A DNA stretch of 61,195 bases, filler included, from Actinomycetota bacterium (GCA_009886115.1; 4 parts of 4 records of this genome joined end to end with filler, not necessarily neighbours in it); one strand, 5' to 3'; numbered from the whole stretch's first letter, positions 28,026 through 37,499 are shown. The notes: a model not told the origin generated them from the letters alone. Numbers and translations: made by a program.

Positions 28026-28913
28026 GTGGAGATCGGCCTGAACCTACCGGTGGTCAACCCGTCGGCGACGCCGGCGATCCTTCGCGAGATCGCTCAGCGG
28101 GCCGAGGCGCTCGGGTTCGCCGAGCTCTATCTCGGTGAGCACGTCGTGCTCTTCGACGATCCGGCCGACGGCTATCCCGGCGCCGACGACGGACGGGCCT
28201 TCTTCGCCTCGCGCGCCAACCTCCCCGATCCCATCCAGACCCTCACCTGGCTGGCGGGATTCACCGACCGGATCCGACTGGCGACCGGGGTGGCGCTGAT
28301 CCCGCAGCGCAATCCGGTGTACACCGCCAAGCACGTGGCGACGCTCGACTACCTCTCGGGGGGTCGCTTCGACTTCACGATCGGCATCGGGTGGAACCGC
28401 GATGAGTTCGCAGCCTGCAACGTCGAGTGGGACGACCGGGCCGAGCGCTGCCGCGAGTACGTCGAGGTGATGAAGCGCCTCTGGTGCGATCCCGTCTCGC
28501 AGTTCTCGGGCCGCTTCTACGAGCTCCCGGCATGCCGTCAGCATCCGAAGCCGATCCAGCAACCCCATCCACCCCTGTGGTTCGGAGGCGTCACCGAGGC
28601 TGCGCTGGTGCGCGTCGCCGACCTCGGAACCGGGTGGTACGTCTTCGACCGCACGCCGGGAGAGCTGGCGCACGGGCGTCGACGGTTGCACGAGCTGAGC
28701 GTCGAACGCAGCCGCGACCCGTCCGAGGTGAAGATCATCCTCGGGGTCTGGAACCGGCTCCCGGTCTCGGTCGAGGTGGTCGACGAGTACCGGCGCGCCG
28801 GCTGCGACCAGTTCGTCGTGTCGCTCGTGGGTCCCACCGTCGCCGACCTGTTCGACCAGCTCGACTGGTTCGCTCGTGAGCTCGTGGGCCGTGACGACGG
28901 CGAGCTCGGCTGA
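28026..28913 (+). CDS. LLM-class (probably F420-dependent) oxidoreductase
   Basis: GEHVV, TDRIRLATGV, TLDYLSGGRF, GIGWNRDEF, PKPIQQPHPPLWFGG. Confidence 0.9.
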   Translation: MEIGLNLPVVNPSATPAILREIAQRAEALGFAELYLGEHVVLFDDPADGYPGADDGRAFFASRANLPDPIQTLTWLAGFTDRIRLATGVALIPQRNPVYTAKHVATLDYLSGGRFDFTIGIGWNRDEFAACNVEWDDRAERCREYVEVMKRLWCDPVSQFSGRFYELPACRQHPKPIQQPHPPLWFGGVTEAALVRVADLGTGWYVFDRTPGELAHGRRRLHELSVERSRDPSEVKIILGVWNRLPVSVEVVDEYRRAGCDQFVVSLVGPTVADLFDQLDWFARELVGRDDGELG

Positions 28914-28918
28914 GGCCC

Positions 28919-29200
28919 GTGGGCGAGCTCGCCGGACAGGTCGTTGCCGTGGTGATCGGCTCGAGGATCGACGCCTCGACACGGATCGCCGTGGCCGCCT
29001 GGGCGTCGGAGGGGGCGGTGATCGTCGTCGCCGGGACCGACCCCGACCCCGTGGGTGAGCTCGTCGGCTCGTTGAGCGCCCGTGGCCACCGGGCGGCGGC
29101 CTTCGTGGGCGACGAGGGGGCACCGCTCGACGACGAGGCACTGCGGGCGTTCGCCGCCGAGGTGTTCGGCGCGTTCACCTCGTGCTGGACGGTGACGTGA
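28919..29200 (+). CDS. Small protein resembling the N-terminal third of an SDR (degenerate or remnant)
   Basis: LAGQVVAVVIG...EGAVIVVAG...RAAAFVGD...EVFG; no TGxxxGxG or YxxxK. Confidence 0.45.
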   Translation: MGELAGQVVAVVIGSRIDASTRIAVAAWASEGAVIVVAGTDPDPVGELVGSLSARGHRAAAFVGDEGAPLDDEALRAFAAEVFGAFTSCWTVT

Positions 29201-29374
29201 GACGCCGCCCAGGGCCCAGGCGCCCCCCCGCGGCACCGGACCCTCGGTGCCGATGGCAGACTCTTGCGTCCCCCACGTGCAGGTCGTCGCGTTGTCGGCC
29301 GCCCGTGCCCATCCGCTGCGGCAGCCAGTCAGCTCGTCCGGCCGGTTCCGCCCATCACCCCTGAGACGGCATCC

Positions 29375-31564
29375 ATGACCGAAGCTCCGCCGATCATCAG
29401 CGGCTATTCAGCTCATCAGCACCTCGGATCGGGGCCGCTCGGGGCCGTGTGGGCCGCCGATCGGCTCGGTTCGCAGACGCCGTTCGTCATCAAGAGCCTG
29501 CATCCGTCGATCGCCGGCGTCCCGACGGTCGTCGAGCGTCTCCGAGCCGCTCGCGGGCCGCTGCTCACCCTGACCCATCCCAACATCGTCCAGATCCACG
29601 ACGTCCTCTCCGACACGGGGATGGTCACGATCATCTCGGAGCGGGTCAACGGCAACGATCTCCGGCGGTCGCTCGACACCAGCGGCCCGGCCGCGCCGGG
29701 CATGGCTGTCGAGATCGTGCGCCAGGTGCTGCTCGCGCTGGCCGAGATCCACCAGCGCGGCTTCGCCCACGGCGACCTGAAGCTCACCAACGTGCTCGTC
29801 GAGACCGGGCCCGACGGCCGCCCCCGGGCCCGGGTGACCGACACGGCGATCGCGGCGTGCGTGGCCGGGACGGTCCCGGGCATCCCGATCACCACGCCGT
29901 CCCGGGCGCCCGAGGTTCCCGCCGGGGCGACCGGCGGCGCTCCGGCCGACGTGTACGCGGCCGGGGCCATCCTCCACGAGCTGCTCACCGGCGCCTCGGC
30001 CGTCCCGGGCTTTCGTCCTCGCCCGGGCATCCCGGCCCCGGTGGCCGGGCTCCTCGTCGGGATGCTCTCGGTCGAGCCGCTGCGTCGCCCCCGGGCCCGC
30101 GAGGCTGCCGCCGCCATGCAGGCGTTCCTCCCGGGCCTGGCCGCCGCGCCGTCGTCGAGCGTCGCCGACGGCCCCACCACGGTGCTCGCCCCGGCGGGCT
30201 CCGGGTCGACCGATCCGGGCGCGGGGTCCGACCCGACCTGGGTTGCCGCCTCGCTGTCGGAGTCCCGGCCCGCCGCTTCGGCCCCCTCCCCGGGTGGGCC
30301 CGGGTACCAGCCCACGATCAGCCTCTCGGCTCCCGTCGACGGTGGCCCGGGCGGCCGGGGCGGCCGGGGTGGCCGGGGCGGCCCGCCCGTTCACGGCGGA
30401 CCGGCTCGTTTTCCCGGTCAGGGTTCGCCCCTCGGCGCCGGGTTCCCGGGCGCAGCGCTTCCCGGGCCTGCGGTGGCCTTCGGGGCGCCCGAGCCCCCGA
30501 AGCGGCGCAACGGCCTGATCTTCTGGGGCACGATGGTAGCCGTGGTCGTGGTGGGGGCCATCGTCATCTGGGCCCTCGGTCGCGGCGACGACTCCTCGGC
30601 CGAGGGACCGAACGGCGACGTTCCCACCGACGTGTCGACCGACGGGTCCGAGGCCGGCGACACGACCGAGCCCGACGGAACCGGAACCGGCGCGACCACG
30701 GCACAGGGAGAGACGACGGTGCCGGTTCCGGTCGTGGAGTCGACGGTTCCCGTCTCCGTCCCCGAGACCGCGCCGGCTCCCAAGCCCACCGCTGTCGGCT
30801 ATTGGATCGTGAGCGCTCAGGGAGCGGTGCTGGCGAAGGGCGACAGCCCGCCGGCGAACACACGCGCGACTCCCGACGTGCCCAGGGTCGTGGCCGCCCA
30901 GGCGACCCCGAGCGGGAACGGGCTGTGGCTGCTGCAGGCCGACGGGACCGTGCGGGCGTTCGGCGACGCAGGCGTCGACACCCTCCCCGACGCCGCGGCG
31001 GGGAAGTCGTTCGTGGGGCTCTCACCGACGCCCACGGGAGCGGGGTACTTCGTTGCGACGTCCGACGGCTCGGTGTTCGGCATCGGCGACGCCAACGCCG
31101 CGATCGTGCCTTCGCCACCTCCTCTCGCCAGCCCGATCGTCGGTGTGGTCGCGACGGCATCGGGTCAGGGCATCTGGCTCGTCGCCCAGGACGGTTCGGT
31201 GTACGCCTACGGCGACGCGCCGTTCGTGGGCTCGCTGCCGGGCCAGAACATCACGGCCACCGTGGTGGCCGTGGCCCGCACGCCCACCGCTGGTGGCTAC
31301 TTGGTGGTGGGGGCCGACGGTGGCGTGTTCGGCTTCGGCGACGCCGGCTACTTCGGCTCGATCCCCGAACTCGGGGTCACCCTCACATCGCCGATCGTGG
31401 GGGTGGCCGGAACCCCGAGCGGGCAGGGGTACTGGCTGCTCGGCGCCGACGGTGGCGTGTTCTCCTTCGGCGACGCCGAGCAGTCGTTTCACGGCAGCGC
31501 GGTGGGCGAGCTGGGCTTCGGCGACTCGGCCGCGGCGCTCGTCCCCCGGGTGCTGGTGCGGTGA
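29375..31564 (+). CDS. Membrane Ser/Thr kinase-like protein with extracellular six-repeat (GYWLxxxDGxVFxFGDA) domain
   Basis: LGSGPLGAVW, VIK, HPNIV, HGDLKLTN, APE, DVYAAG; Pro/Gly linker; TM helix; repeats. Confidence 0.85.
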   Translation: MTEAPPIISGYSAHQHLGSGPLGAVWAADRLGSQTPFVIKSLHPSIAGVPTVVERLRAARGPLLTLTHPNIVQIHDVLSDTGMVTIISERVNGNDLRRSLDTSGPAAPGMAVEIVRQVLLALAEIHQRGFAHGDLKLTNVLVETGPDGRPRARVTDTAIAACVAGTVPGIPITTPSRAPEVPAGATGGAPADVYAAGAILHELLTGASAVPGFRPRPGIPAPVAGLLVGMLSVEPLRRPRAREAAAAMQAFLPGLAAAPSSSVADGPTTVLAPAGSGSTDPGAGSDPTWVAASLSESRPAASAPSPGGPGYQPTISLSAPVDGGPGGRGGRGGRGGPPVHGGPARFPGQGSPLGAGFPGAALPGPAVAFGAPEPPKRRNGLIFWGTMVAVVVVGAIVIWALGRGDDSSAEGPNGDVPTDVSTDGSEAGDTTEPDGTGTGATTAQGETTVPVPVVESTVPVSVPETAPAPKPTAVGYWIVSAQGAVLAKGDSPPANTRATPDVPRVVAAQATPSGNGLWLLQADGTVRAFGDAGVDTLPDAAAGKSFVGLSPTPTGAGYFVATSDGSVFGIGDANAAIVPSPPPLASPIVGVVATASGQGIWLVAQDGSVYAYGDAPFVGSLPGQNITATVVAVARTPTAGGYLVVGADGGVFGFGDAGYFGSIPELGVTLTSPIVGVAGTPSGQGYWLLGADGGVFSFGDAEQSFHGSAVGELGFGDSAAALVPRVLVR

Positions 31565-31590
31565 CCCACAGCTCCACCGCTCCAACTGCT

Positions 31591-31640
31591 CCAACTGTCA
31601 GCGTGAGCGCCCGTATCCGGGCCGCCACGCTGACAGTTGG
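31591..31640. repeat. REP-like palindrome, copy 1 (possible bidirectional terminator)
   Basis: CCAACTGTCAGCGTG...CACGCTGACAGTTGG between convergent genes; second copy at 56112. Confidence 0.85.
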
Positions 31641-31671
31641 AAGTGTGGTGACACGCGTCGGGAGGCTGGTG

Positions 31672-32427
31672 CTACCTGGGGGCCCGTTCCTTCTGGATGA
31701 GGAAGGCGCCCACCCCGAGGCCGATCGAACCCAGCCACGACAGGTAGAACCCGATGCCCTTGTCGGCACCGCCGAACCCCGTGTCGGTGATCAGTGACAG
31801 GGTCATGTACAAGGTGGCCGTGAAACCGGCGTTGAGGTAGAGCTGCTCCCACGTGTAGCCGAGCACCCGCTGGGGCAGGTTCACGTTGGCGAACTTGGTG
31901 AGGGCCAGGTGGCCGGCCGCGAACAGCCCCATCAACAGCGGGATGAGCGCCACCGGGAACAGCCCGTCATCGAGAGCGTTGGCGCTCCCGAAGTCGTTGC
32001 CGTACCACTTGACGAACGCGAAGATGATGCAGACGGCCCCGCTGGCGAGCAGGGTGATCTCACCAGGCTTGAGCCCGCCCGCGACCTTGGGCGCACCGGG
32101 GCCGGGCTGGCCCGGCCATCCAGGCGGGGTTGAGCCCGGCGCGCCGGGCGGCGGTGGCGGCGCGTACCCACCCGGCGCTCCCGGTGCTCCTGGTGGCGGT
32201 GGCGGCGCGTACCCACCCGGCGCTCCCGGAGCCCCAGGAGCCGGGGGAGGGGCGTACCCACCCGGCGGCTGCTGGGGTACCTGGAACACGCTGGTCTGCG
32301 AGCCCGCGCCCCCCGGAGCGGGTGGCGCGGGAGGCGGTGGCGGTGGCGGCGGCGATCCGGCCGGCGGCGTGTAGGCCGGCCATCCTGCGGCGTCGCCAGG
32401 CTTCTGGCTGGGATCTTGATCGGCCAC
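31672..32427 (-). CDS. Proline-rich membrane protein (about 4 TM) with GGYAPPP..PGAPGAP x3 repeats
   Basis: GTG 32427 with SD GGAGG; hydrophobic C-terminal half. Confidence 0.8.
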   Translation of the reverse strand: MADQDPSQKPGDAAGWPAYTPPAGSPPPPPPPPAPPAPGGAGSQTSVFQVPQQPPGGYAPPPAPGAPGAPGGYAPPPPPGAPGAPGGYAPPPPPGAPGSTPPGWPGQPGPGAPKVAGGLKPGEITLLASGAVCIIFAFVKWYGNDFGSANALDDGLFPVALIPLLMGLFAAGHLALTKFANVNLPQRVLGYTWEQLYLNAGFTATLYMTLSLITDTGFGGADKGIGFYLSWLGSIGLGVGAFLIQKERAPR

Positions 32428-32629
32428 GGTTTCCTCCAAGACTCGTCGGTATGTACCCAGTGAACCACACCGGGGGACACACGAACGCGGATCCCGCCGG
32501 AGTCGGTGTGATACCGGCTCGTCCCCGGTCTCGTCCTCGGTCCTGTCTTGGCTCCGATCCCCGGGATCCGGGGGGCTCGCCGGGGTGGTCATTTCGAAGC
32601 CGCTCGGCGGGCCGGTAGCCTCCGAGACC

Positions 32630-33280
32630 GTGCCCGATGTCGTGCTCCCGGTGTTGAACGAGGTCGGAGCAATCGCCGGTGTCCTGGCGGCGATGCCCGC
32701 CGGATTCCGGCCGATCGTCGTCGACAACGGCTCGACCGACGGGTCGGCCGAGCTCGCCCGATCGCTGGGGGCGCACGTGGTGCTCGAGCCCCGACGGGGT
32801 TTCGGCGCGGCCTGCTTCGCCGGGCTCGAGGCGTCCGACGCCGACGTCGTGTGCTTTTGCGACTGCGACGGCTCGTTCGACCCCCGCGAACTGCGGCTGG
32901 TCGCCGATCCGGTCGGCGAAGGTCGCGCCGACCTGGTGCTGGGCGCTCGCCGACCGACCGCTCGAGGCGCCTGGCCCTGGCACGCCCGAGCGGCCAACAC
33001 GGCCCTGGCCGCGATGATCAGGCGTCGCACGGGTATCAGGGTGAGCGACCTCGGGCCCATGCGAGCCGCCCGCCGCGAACCCTTGCTGGCATTGGGGATC
33101 CGAGATCGACGTTCGGGCTGGCCGCTGGAGATGGTGTTGCTGGCGGCCGCTGCCGGCTGGCGCATCGAGGAGGTCACGGTGGCCTACTCCCCGCGCATCG
33201 GCGTCTCGAAGGTGACCGGTACCGTTCGGGGCACGACCACGGCGGTGCGTGACATGCGGGCCGTGATGAGGCGCCCGTGA
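32630..33280 (+). CDS. Glycosyltransferase family 2
   Basis: VVLPVLNE, VVDNGSTDGS, RGFGAAC, DCDGS, DLGPMRA, SKVTGT. Confidence 0.92.
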   Translation: MPDVVLPVLNEVGAIAGVLAAMPAGFRPIVVDNGSTDGSAELARSLGAHVVLEPRRGFGAACFAGLEASDADVVCFCDCDGSFDPRELRLVADPVGEGRADLVLGARRPTARGAWPWHARAANTALAAMIRRRTGIRVSDLGPMRAARREPLLALGIRDRRSGWPLEMVLLAAAAGWRIEEVTVAYSPRIGVSKVTGTVRGTTTAVRDMRAVMRRP

Positions 33281-33351
33281 CGGTGCCCGCCGTGACGGTG
33301 CCCGCCGTGACGGTGCCCGCCGTGACGAGACCCCGCGGCGGTGCCCGATGA
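33277..33351 (+). CDS. Possible 24-aa bridging mini-ORF made of a 15-bp x3 tandem repeat
   Basis: GTG overlaps the GT2 stop (GTGA) and TGA overlaps the next ATG (ATGA); (M/V)TVPAVTVPAVTVPAVTRPRGGAR. Confidence 0.4.
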   Translation: MTVPAVTVPAVTVPAVTRPRGGAR

Positions 33352-33959
33352 TCGTGTTGATGGCCAAGGCTCCCGAGCCGGGGCGGGTCAAGACCAGGTT
33401 GTGCCCGCCCCTTCGTCCCGAGGAGGCAGCGGAGTTGTCGCGGGCTGCGCTCGCCGACACCATCGCCGCGGTCGAAGGGTGCGGGCTGGAGCTCGTGGTC
33501 GCGCTCGACGGCCCGCTCGGCGACTGGTGTCCGCCGGGGACGCGGGTCATCGAGCAACGGGGCGACGGCCTGGGGGAGCGACTGGCCCATGCCTTTGCCG
33601 ACGTGGGCAGCGCGGCGATCGCCATCGCCATGGACACCCCGCACGTCACGCCGAGCCTGCTCCGTGGGGCCTGGGAAGCGCTCGGCACCGAAGGCATCGA
33701 CGCGGTGCTCGGCCCGGCGGTCGACGGGGGCTACTGGGCCATCGGGCTCCGGCGCCCCGATCCCGCAGTGTTCGACGGCGTGCCGATGAGCCGTTCCGAC
33801 ACCGGTCGCCGGCAGCTCGAACGCTTGCAGGCATTGGGCTTGGCGGTGGCGATCCAGCCCGAGCTGTGCGACGTCGACGACATCGCGTCGGCCCGCCGGG
33901 TCGCCGCCGAGGCCCCCGAGACCAGGTTCGCCCGCCGGTTCCGGGCTCTGGCCCGGTGA
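33348..33959 (+). CDS. DUF2064 / CofC-like glycosyltransferase-fold protein (TIGR04282-like)
   Basis: AKAPEPGRVKTRL, QRGDGLGERL, MDTPH, LGPAVDGGYWAIG, DVD. Confidence 0.9.
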   Translation: MIVLMAKAPEPGRVKTRLCPPLRPEEAAELSRAALADTIAAVEGCGLELVVALDGPLGDWCPPGTRVIEQRGDGLGERLAHAFADVGSAAIAIAMDTPHVTPSLLRGAWEALGTEGIDAVLGPAVDGGYWAIGLRRPDPAVFDGVPMSRSDTGRRQLERLQALGLAVAIQPELCDVDDIASARRVAAEAPETRFARRFRALAR

Positions 33960-33991
33960 ACGTCGGGCCGACCGGCCCGGGCTGCTCACGC

Positions 33992-34885
33992 TCAGCGGAT
34001 GCCCAACGTGGTATCGGTGCCAGTCCTGCGCTCTTCGACGATGTGCAGCAACGCCAAGGCCGGGACGGTCAACGGGCTCACGGTCTCGGTGACACGCAGG
34101 TCGGTGTCGAGGCGGCCGCCGCGAACGGTGGGGCCGAACGGGCTCCAGAACGCGCCGTCGACGGTGAGGGTGAGCTCGGGCTCGAGGTTGTCGGTATCGG
34201 CGGCGACGGCTCCGGTGATGTCGAGGCCTCGGCCCCGGCTCACGACGGGACGGGTGATGTGATCGTCGTCGGGCACGCCGAGCGAGCGGTGCAGCGCGCA
34301 CAGCCGCGCGGCCGCCTCGGTCGCCTCGGGGTTCGAGGGATCGGCGACGTCACCCGTCGACGCGATCCGAACGTGCACGCCGAGCTCCACGAGCCGCGGG
34401 ATCGCATCGACGACGGCGCGGAAATTCCCGGGGCCCCGGGCCCGGTCGTTGACGGCAGGGTCGGCGGAGTCGAGCGAGAGCTGCAGCGTCACCCGGCGGT
34501 CGGCGAGCTGACGGAGCCGTTCGCGGCGATGGTCACCGAAGACGGTGCCGTTGCTGAGGGCGATCACGGGGAGGAGTTCCGACATGTGCGCCAGCGTGTC
34601 GGGGAGGTGGGGGAGCAGGAAGGGCTCGCCCCCGGTCACCCCCAGCCCGGTGAACCCGAGGGCTGCGGCCTCCGTGGCGGCGGAGATCATCTGCGCGGCC
34701 GGCATCTCACGTCGAGGCACTCCGGGTCCCGACTCGGTGAGGCAATAGCTGCACGCCAGGTTGCAGTGGTAGTTCGAATACAGCCAGAGCCTGCCGGGCA
34801 GCAGACCCGCTGCGACGGCCTCGCGCACGGTGGCCTCTTCCGCGTGAGGCATGGCGTTCATGAGGTTCTTGGGCTCGCCATTCAT
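33992..34885 (-). CDS. Radical SAM protein (Rv1681/MoeX-like)
   Basis: LWLYSNYHCNLACSYC (CxxxCxxC), TGGEPF, SNG, QLSLDS; ATGA overlap with the kinase. Confidence 0.88.
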   Translation of the reverse strand: MNGEPKNLMNAMPHAEEATVREAVAAGLLPGRLWLYSNYHCNLACSYCLTESGPGVPRREMPAAQMISAATEAAALGFTGLGVTGGEPFLLPHLPDTLAHMSELLPVIALSNGTVFGDHRRERLRQLADRRVTLQLSLDSADPAVNDRARGPGNFRAVVDAIPRLVELGVHVRIASTGDVADPSNPEATEAAARLCALHRSLGVPDDDHITRPVVSRGRGLDITGAVAADTDNLEPELTLTVDGAFWSPFGPTVRGGRLDTDLRVTETVSPLTVPALALLHIVEERRTGTDTTLGIR

Positions 34886-36282
34886 GGTTCGTGGGCGACG
34901 AGCCTCCGGTACTCGTCGCGAGGTCGCTCGGTCGGTGCCCTCGACGCCGTCGGTGCCGTCGGTGATGTCCCCGCGTCCCCCTCGGGACGGGCGACCGTGG
35001 GGAGGCGTACCGTGAAGCAGCATCCGATGCCGGTGTTCTCGACCCCGACGGAGCCGCCGTGGGCCTCGACGAAACCGGCCGCGATCGCCAGACCCAGCCC
35101 GCTGCCGCCGTCGACGCCGGGCGAACGGGCTCGGTCGCCCCGAAAGCCCCGCTCGAACACGCGGGCCAGATCGGTCTCGGGGATCCCCCCGCATTCGTCG
35201 CGCACCGCAACGGTCGTGCTGCCCCCGAACGACCGGGTCTCGACCCGTACCCGTCCTCCGGGTGGGGTGTGGCGGAGCGCGTTGTCGAGCAGGTTCCGCA
35301 CGACACGCACGAGCTCGGCGGGAGCGACAGCGACGAGCCCGGCGTCAGTGCCGGGATCGTCGCTGTCGTCGGGGTCGTCGCCGAGCACGAGATCGACGCC
35401 GCGCCGCTCGGCGGCGACGCTGGCGACGTCGAATGCTTCGGCCACGAGGTCGGCCAGCGGAACCACGACCGGCGCGGCAATGCGAGCCCCCGCGTCGAGA
35501 CGCGAGAGCTCGAACACGTCGTCGACCAGACCGGCCAGCCGATCGGCCTCCTGACGGATCGCCCGGTGGTAGCGATCGACGGTGGCGGTGTCGACGACCA
35601 CGCCGTCCTCGAGGGCCTCGATCATGGCCCTGATCCCCGCCAAGGGTGTCCGCAGGTCGTGTGAGATCCACGCCACGAGCTCGCGTCGGGCCGCTTCGAG
35701 CCGCCCCTCGCGTTCGCGCGACTCGTCGAGGCGCAAGGACACCTCGGCCAGCTCTCCGGCCAGGCTCGCCAGCTCGGCCGTCCCGACCGTGGAAGGTCGG
35801 GCCTCGGGGGCCGCCCCCGGGTGCGGTCTGGTCGTGGGGTCGGGGCTCTCGGCGATGTCGGCGCCGATCCGGCGGGCCAGGGCACCCAGTGTTCGCGAAG
35901 CGTCCTCGACCTGCTGGGCCAGCTCCAGCGCGCTGCTGACGCCCACGGCGCCGGCAACGGCGAGGATCACCAGCAGGGCCTGGAGATCGTGTTGCGACAG
36001 GAACATCGTGAGGGCGCCGGCGACGAGCCCCACGGCGACGGCCACCACGGCGGCCACCGAGATGGCCAACACCTGGAGGCGGATGCTGCGGTGCGCGAGC
36101 CGACGCACGAGCAGGCGCCCGAGGCGAGCAGCGACCAGCGAGCCGCCACCGGCGATGCCGATCATCGCCAGAGCGTCGCGGGGAGGTGAACCCAGCGCCA
36201 GCGCCAAGGCGGCGGCGGCAACCGATCCGGCCAGGGCGACCCCGGCGCCCTTGACCCCGGCGCCCTTGACCCCGGCGCTCAT
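34882..36282 (-). CDS. Sensor histidine kinase
   Basis: WISHDLRTPL (H box), NLLDNALRH, DECGGI, GSGLGLAI; N-terminal TM helices. Confidence 0.93.
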   Translation of the reverse strand: MSAGVKGAGVKGAGVALAGSVAAAALALALGSPPRDALAMIGIAGGGSLVAARLGRLLVRRLAHRSIRLQVLAISVAAVVAVAVGLVAGALTMFLSQHDLQALLVILAVAGAVGVSSALELAQQVEDASRTLGALARRIGADIAESPDPTTRPHPGAAPEARPSTVGTAELASLAGELAEVSLRLDESREREGRLEAARRELVAWISHDLRTPLAGIRAMIEALEDGVVVDTATVDRYHRAIRQEADRLAGLVDDVFELSRLDAGARIAAPVVVPLADLVAEAFDVASVAAERRGVDLVLGDDPDDSDDPGTDAGLVAVAPAELVRVVRNLLDNALRHTPPGGRVRVETRSFGGSTTVAVRDECGGIPETDLARVFERGFRGDRARSPGVDGGSGLGLAIAAGFVEAHGGSVGVENTGIGCCFTVRLPTVARPEGDAGTSPTAPTASRAPTERPRDEYRRLVAHEP

Positions 36283-37040
36283 GGCTCCCACCGATAGCCG
36301 ACGCCCCACACCGTGGCCAGGTGACGGGGTTTGGACGGGTCGTCCTCGATCTTCTCCCTGATGCGTCGCACGTGGACGGTGACGGTGGCCGTGTCGCCGT
36401 AGGTCCAGCCCCAGACGGCCTCGAGCAGCTCCTCACGGCGGAACGCCCTGCGGGGATGGCTCACGAAGTGCACGAGGAGCTCGAACTCCTTGGCGGTGAG
36501 GGTGAGCGCCGCGCCGTGCTTGCGGGCCTCGTGGGCCACGATGTCGATCTCGATGGCTCCGGCGACGAGCACGGCCATCGACTCCAGTGACGTGCCGGTG
36601 CGACCGCCGGAACCGCCACGACCGCCGCCCGGGAGCCCGCCGGAGTGCGTACCATCGCCCGTCGCCGCCCGACGGAGCACGGCCTTGACGCGGGCGGTCA
36701 GCTCTCGGGGTGAGAACGGCTTGGCGACGTAGTCGTCGGCTCCGAGCTCGAGGCCGAGGACTCGATCGTCCTCGCCGCCCCGGGCGGTGAGCATGATCAC
36801 GGGGATGGGCGCCACCGAGCGCAGCCGCCGGCACACCTCCATGCCGTCGAGCGACGGGAGCATGACGTCGAGCACCACCAGGTCGGGCAACGACTCGAGT
36901 GCCCGGGTCAAGCCGGCCAGACCGTCTCGCTCGGTCTCGACGATCATCCCCTCGCGCACGAGGTACCGGCTCAGCACGTCGACGAGGTTGGGATCGTCGT
37001 CGACCAGGAGCACTCGGGGTGACGTCGGCTCGAGGGGCAC
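36279..37040 (-). CDS. OmpR-family response regulator
   Basis: LLVDDD, LDVMLP, GADDYVAKPFS, wHTH TVTVHVRRIREKIE, TVWGVGY. Confidence 0.95.
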   Translation of the reverse strand: MPLEPTSPRVLLVDDDPNLVDVLSRYLVREGMIVETERDGLAGLTRALESLPDLVVLDVMLPSLDGMEVCRRLRSVAPIPVIMLTARGGEDDRVLGLELGADDYVAKPFSPRELTARVKAVLRRAATGDGTHSGGLPGGGRGGSGGRTGTSLESMAVLVAGAIEIDIVAHEARKHGAALTLTAKEFELLVHFVSHPRRAFRREELLEAVWGWTYGDTATVTVHVRRIREKIEDDPSKPRHLATVWGVGYRWEP

Positions 37041-37151
37041 TCCGGGATCGTAAACCCTCCCGAACAACACTCCTACGGACGGCGCCGGGCTTTGAGGGAA
37101 TGGAAAGCACTCCCCGCCCCTCGCGGAGCGGTCGCGCCTTCAGGAGCCGGG

Positions 37152-37499
37152 TCAGGCGACCAGCGACATCACGGCGTGGTGGGTGAGGTTGGCCTGGGCC
37201 GCGTGAGCCTTCTCGGGCTCCTCGCGCATCCGGTCGCGCACGCTGCGGGCGAGCGCTCGGGCGGCATCCGCGTCGGCCAAGGCCCCGCTGGCTCGCACTC
37301 CGCCGGTGGCCTGGGCGCCGGTCGTCGCGTCGATCTGCAGACGGGCCGCCGGCGACAACGTGGCCTCGTCACCGTCGATGTGCGGGGCGTGCGAGTGACC
37401 ACGCGCGCCATGGGTCCGACCTCGCTCGGTGGAGCCGGCGCGGTCCGACCGTACGCCACCCCGTGTGGCGCCGGGGACATCCAAGCCCGGGATCTCCAT
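37152..37499 (-). CDS. Small protein ending in a flagellin C-terminal (D0)-like helix
   Basis: DADAARALA...AHAAQANLTHHAVMSLVA; SD GGAGG; sigma28-like promoter upstream. Confidence 0.65.
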   Translation of the reverse strand: MEIPGLDVPGATRGGVRSDRAGSTERGRTHGARGHSHAPHIDGDEATLSPAARLQIDATTGAQATGGVRASGALADADAARALARSVRDRMREEPEKAHAAQANLTHHAVMSLVA

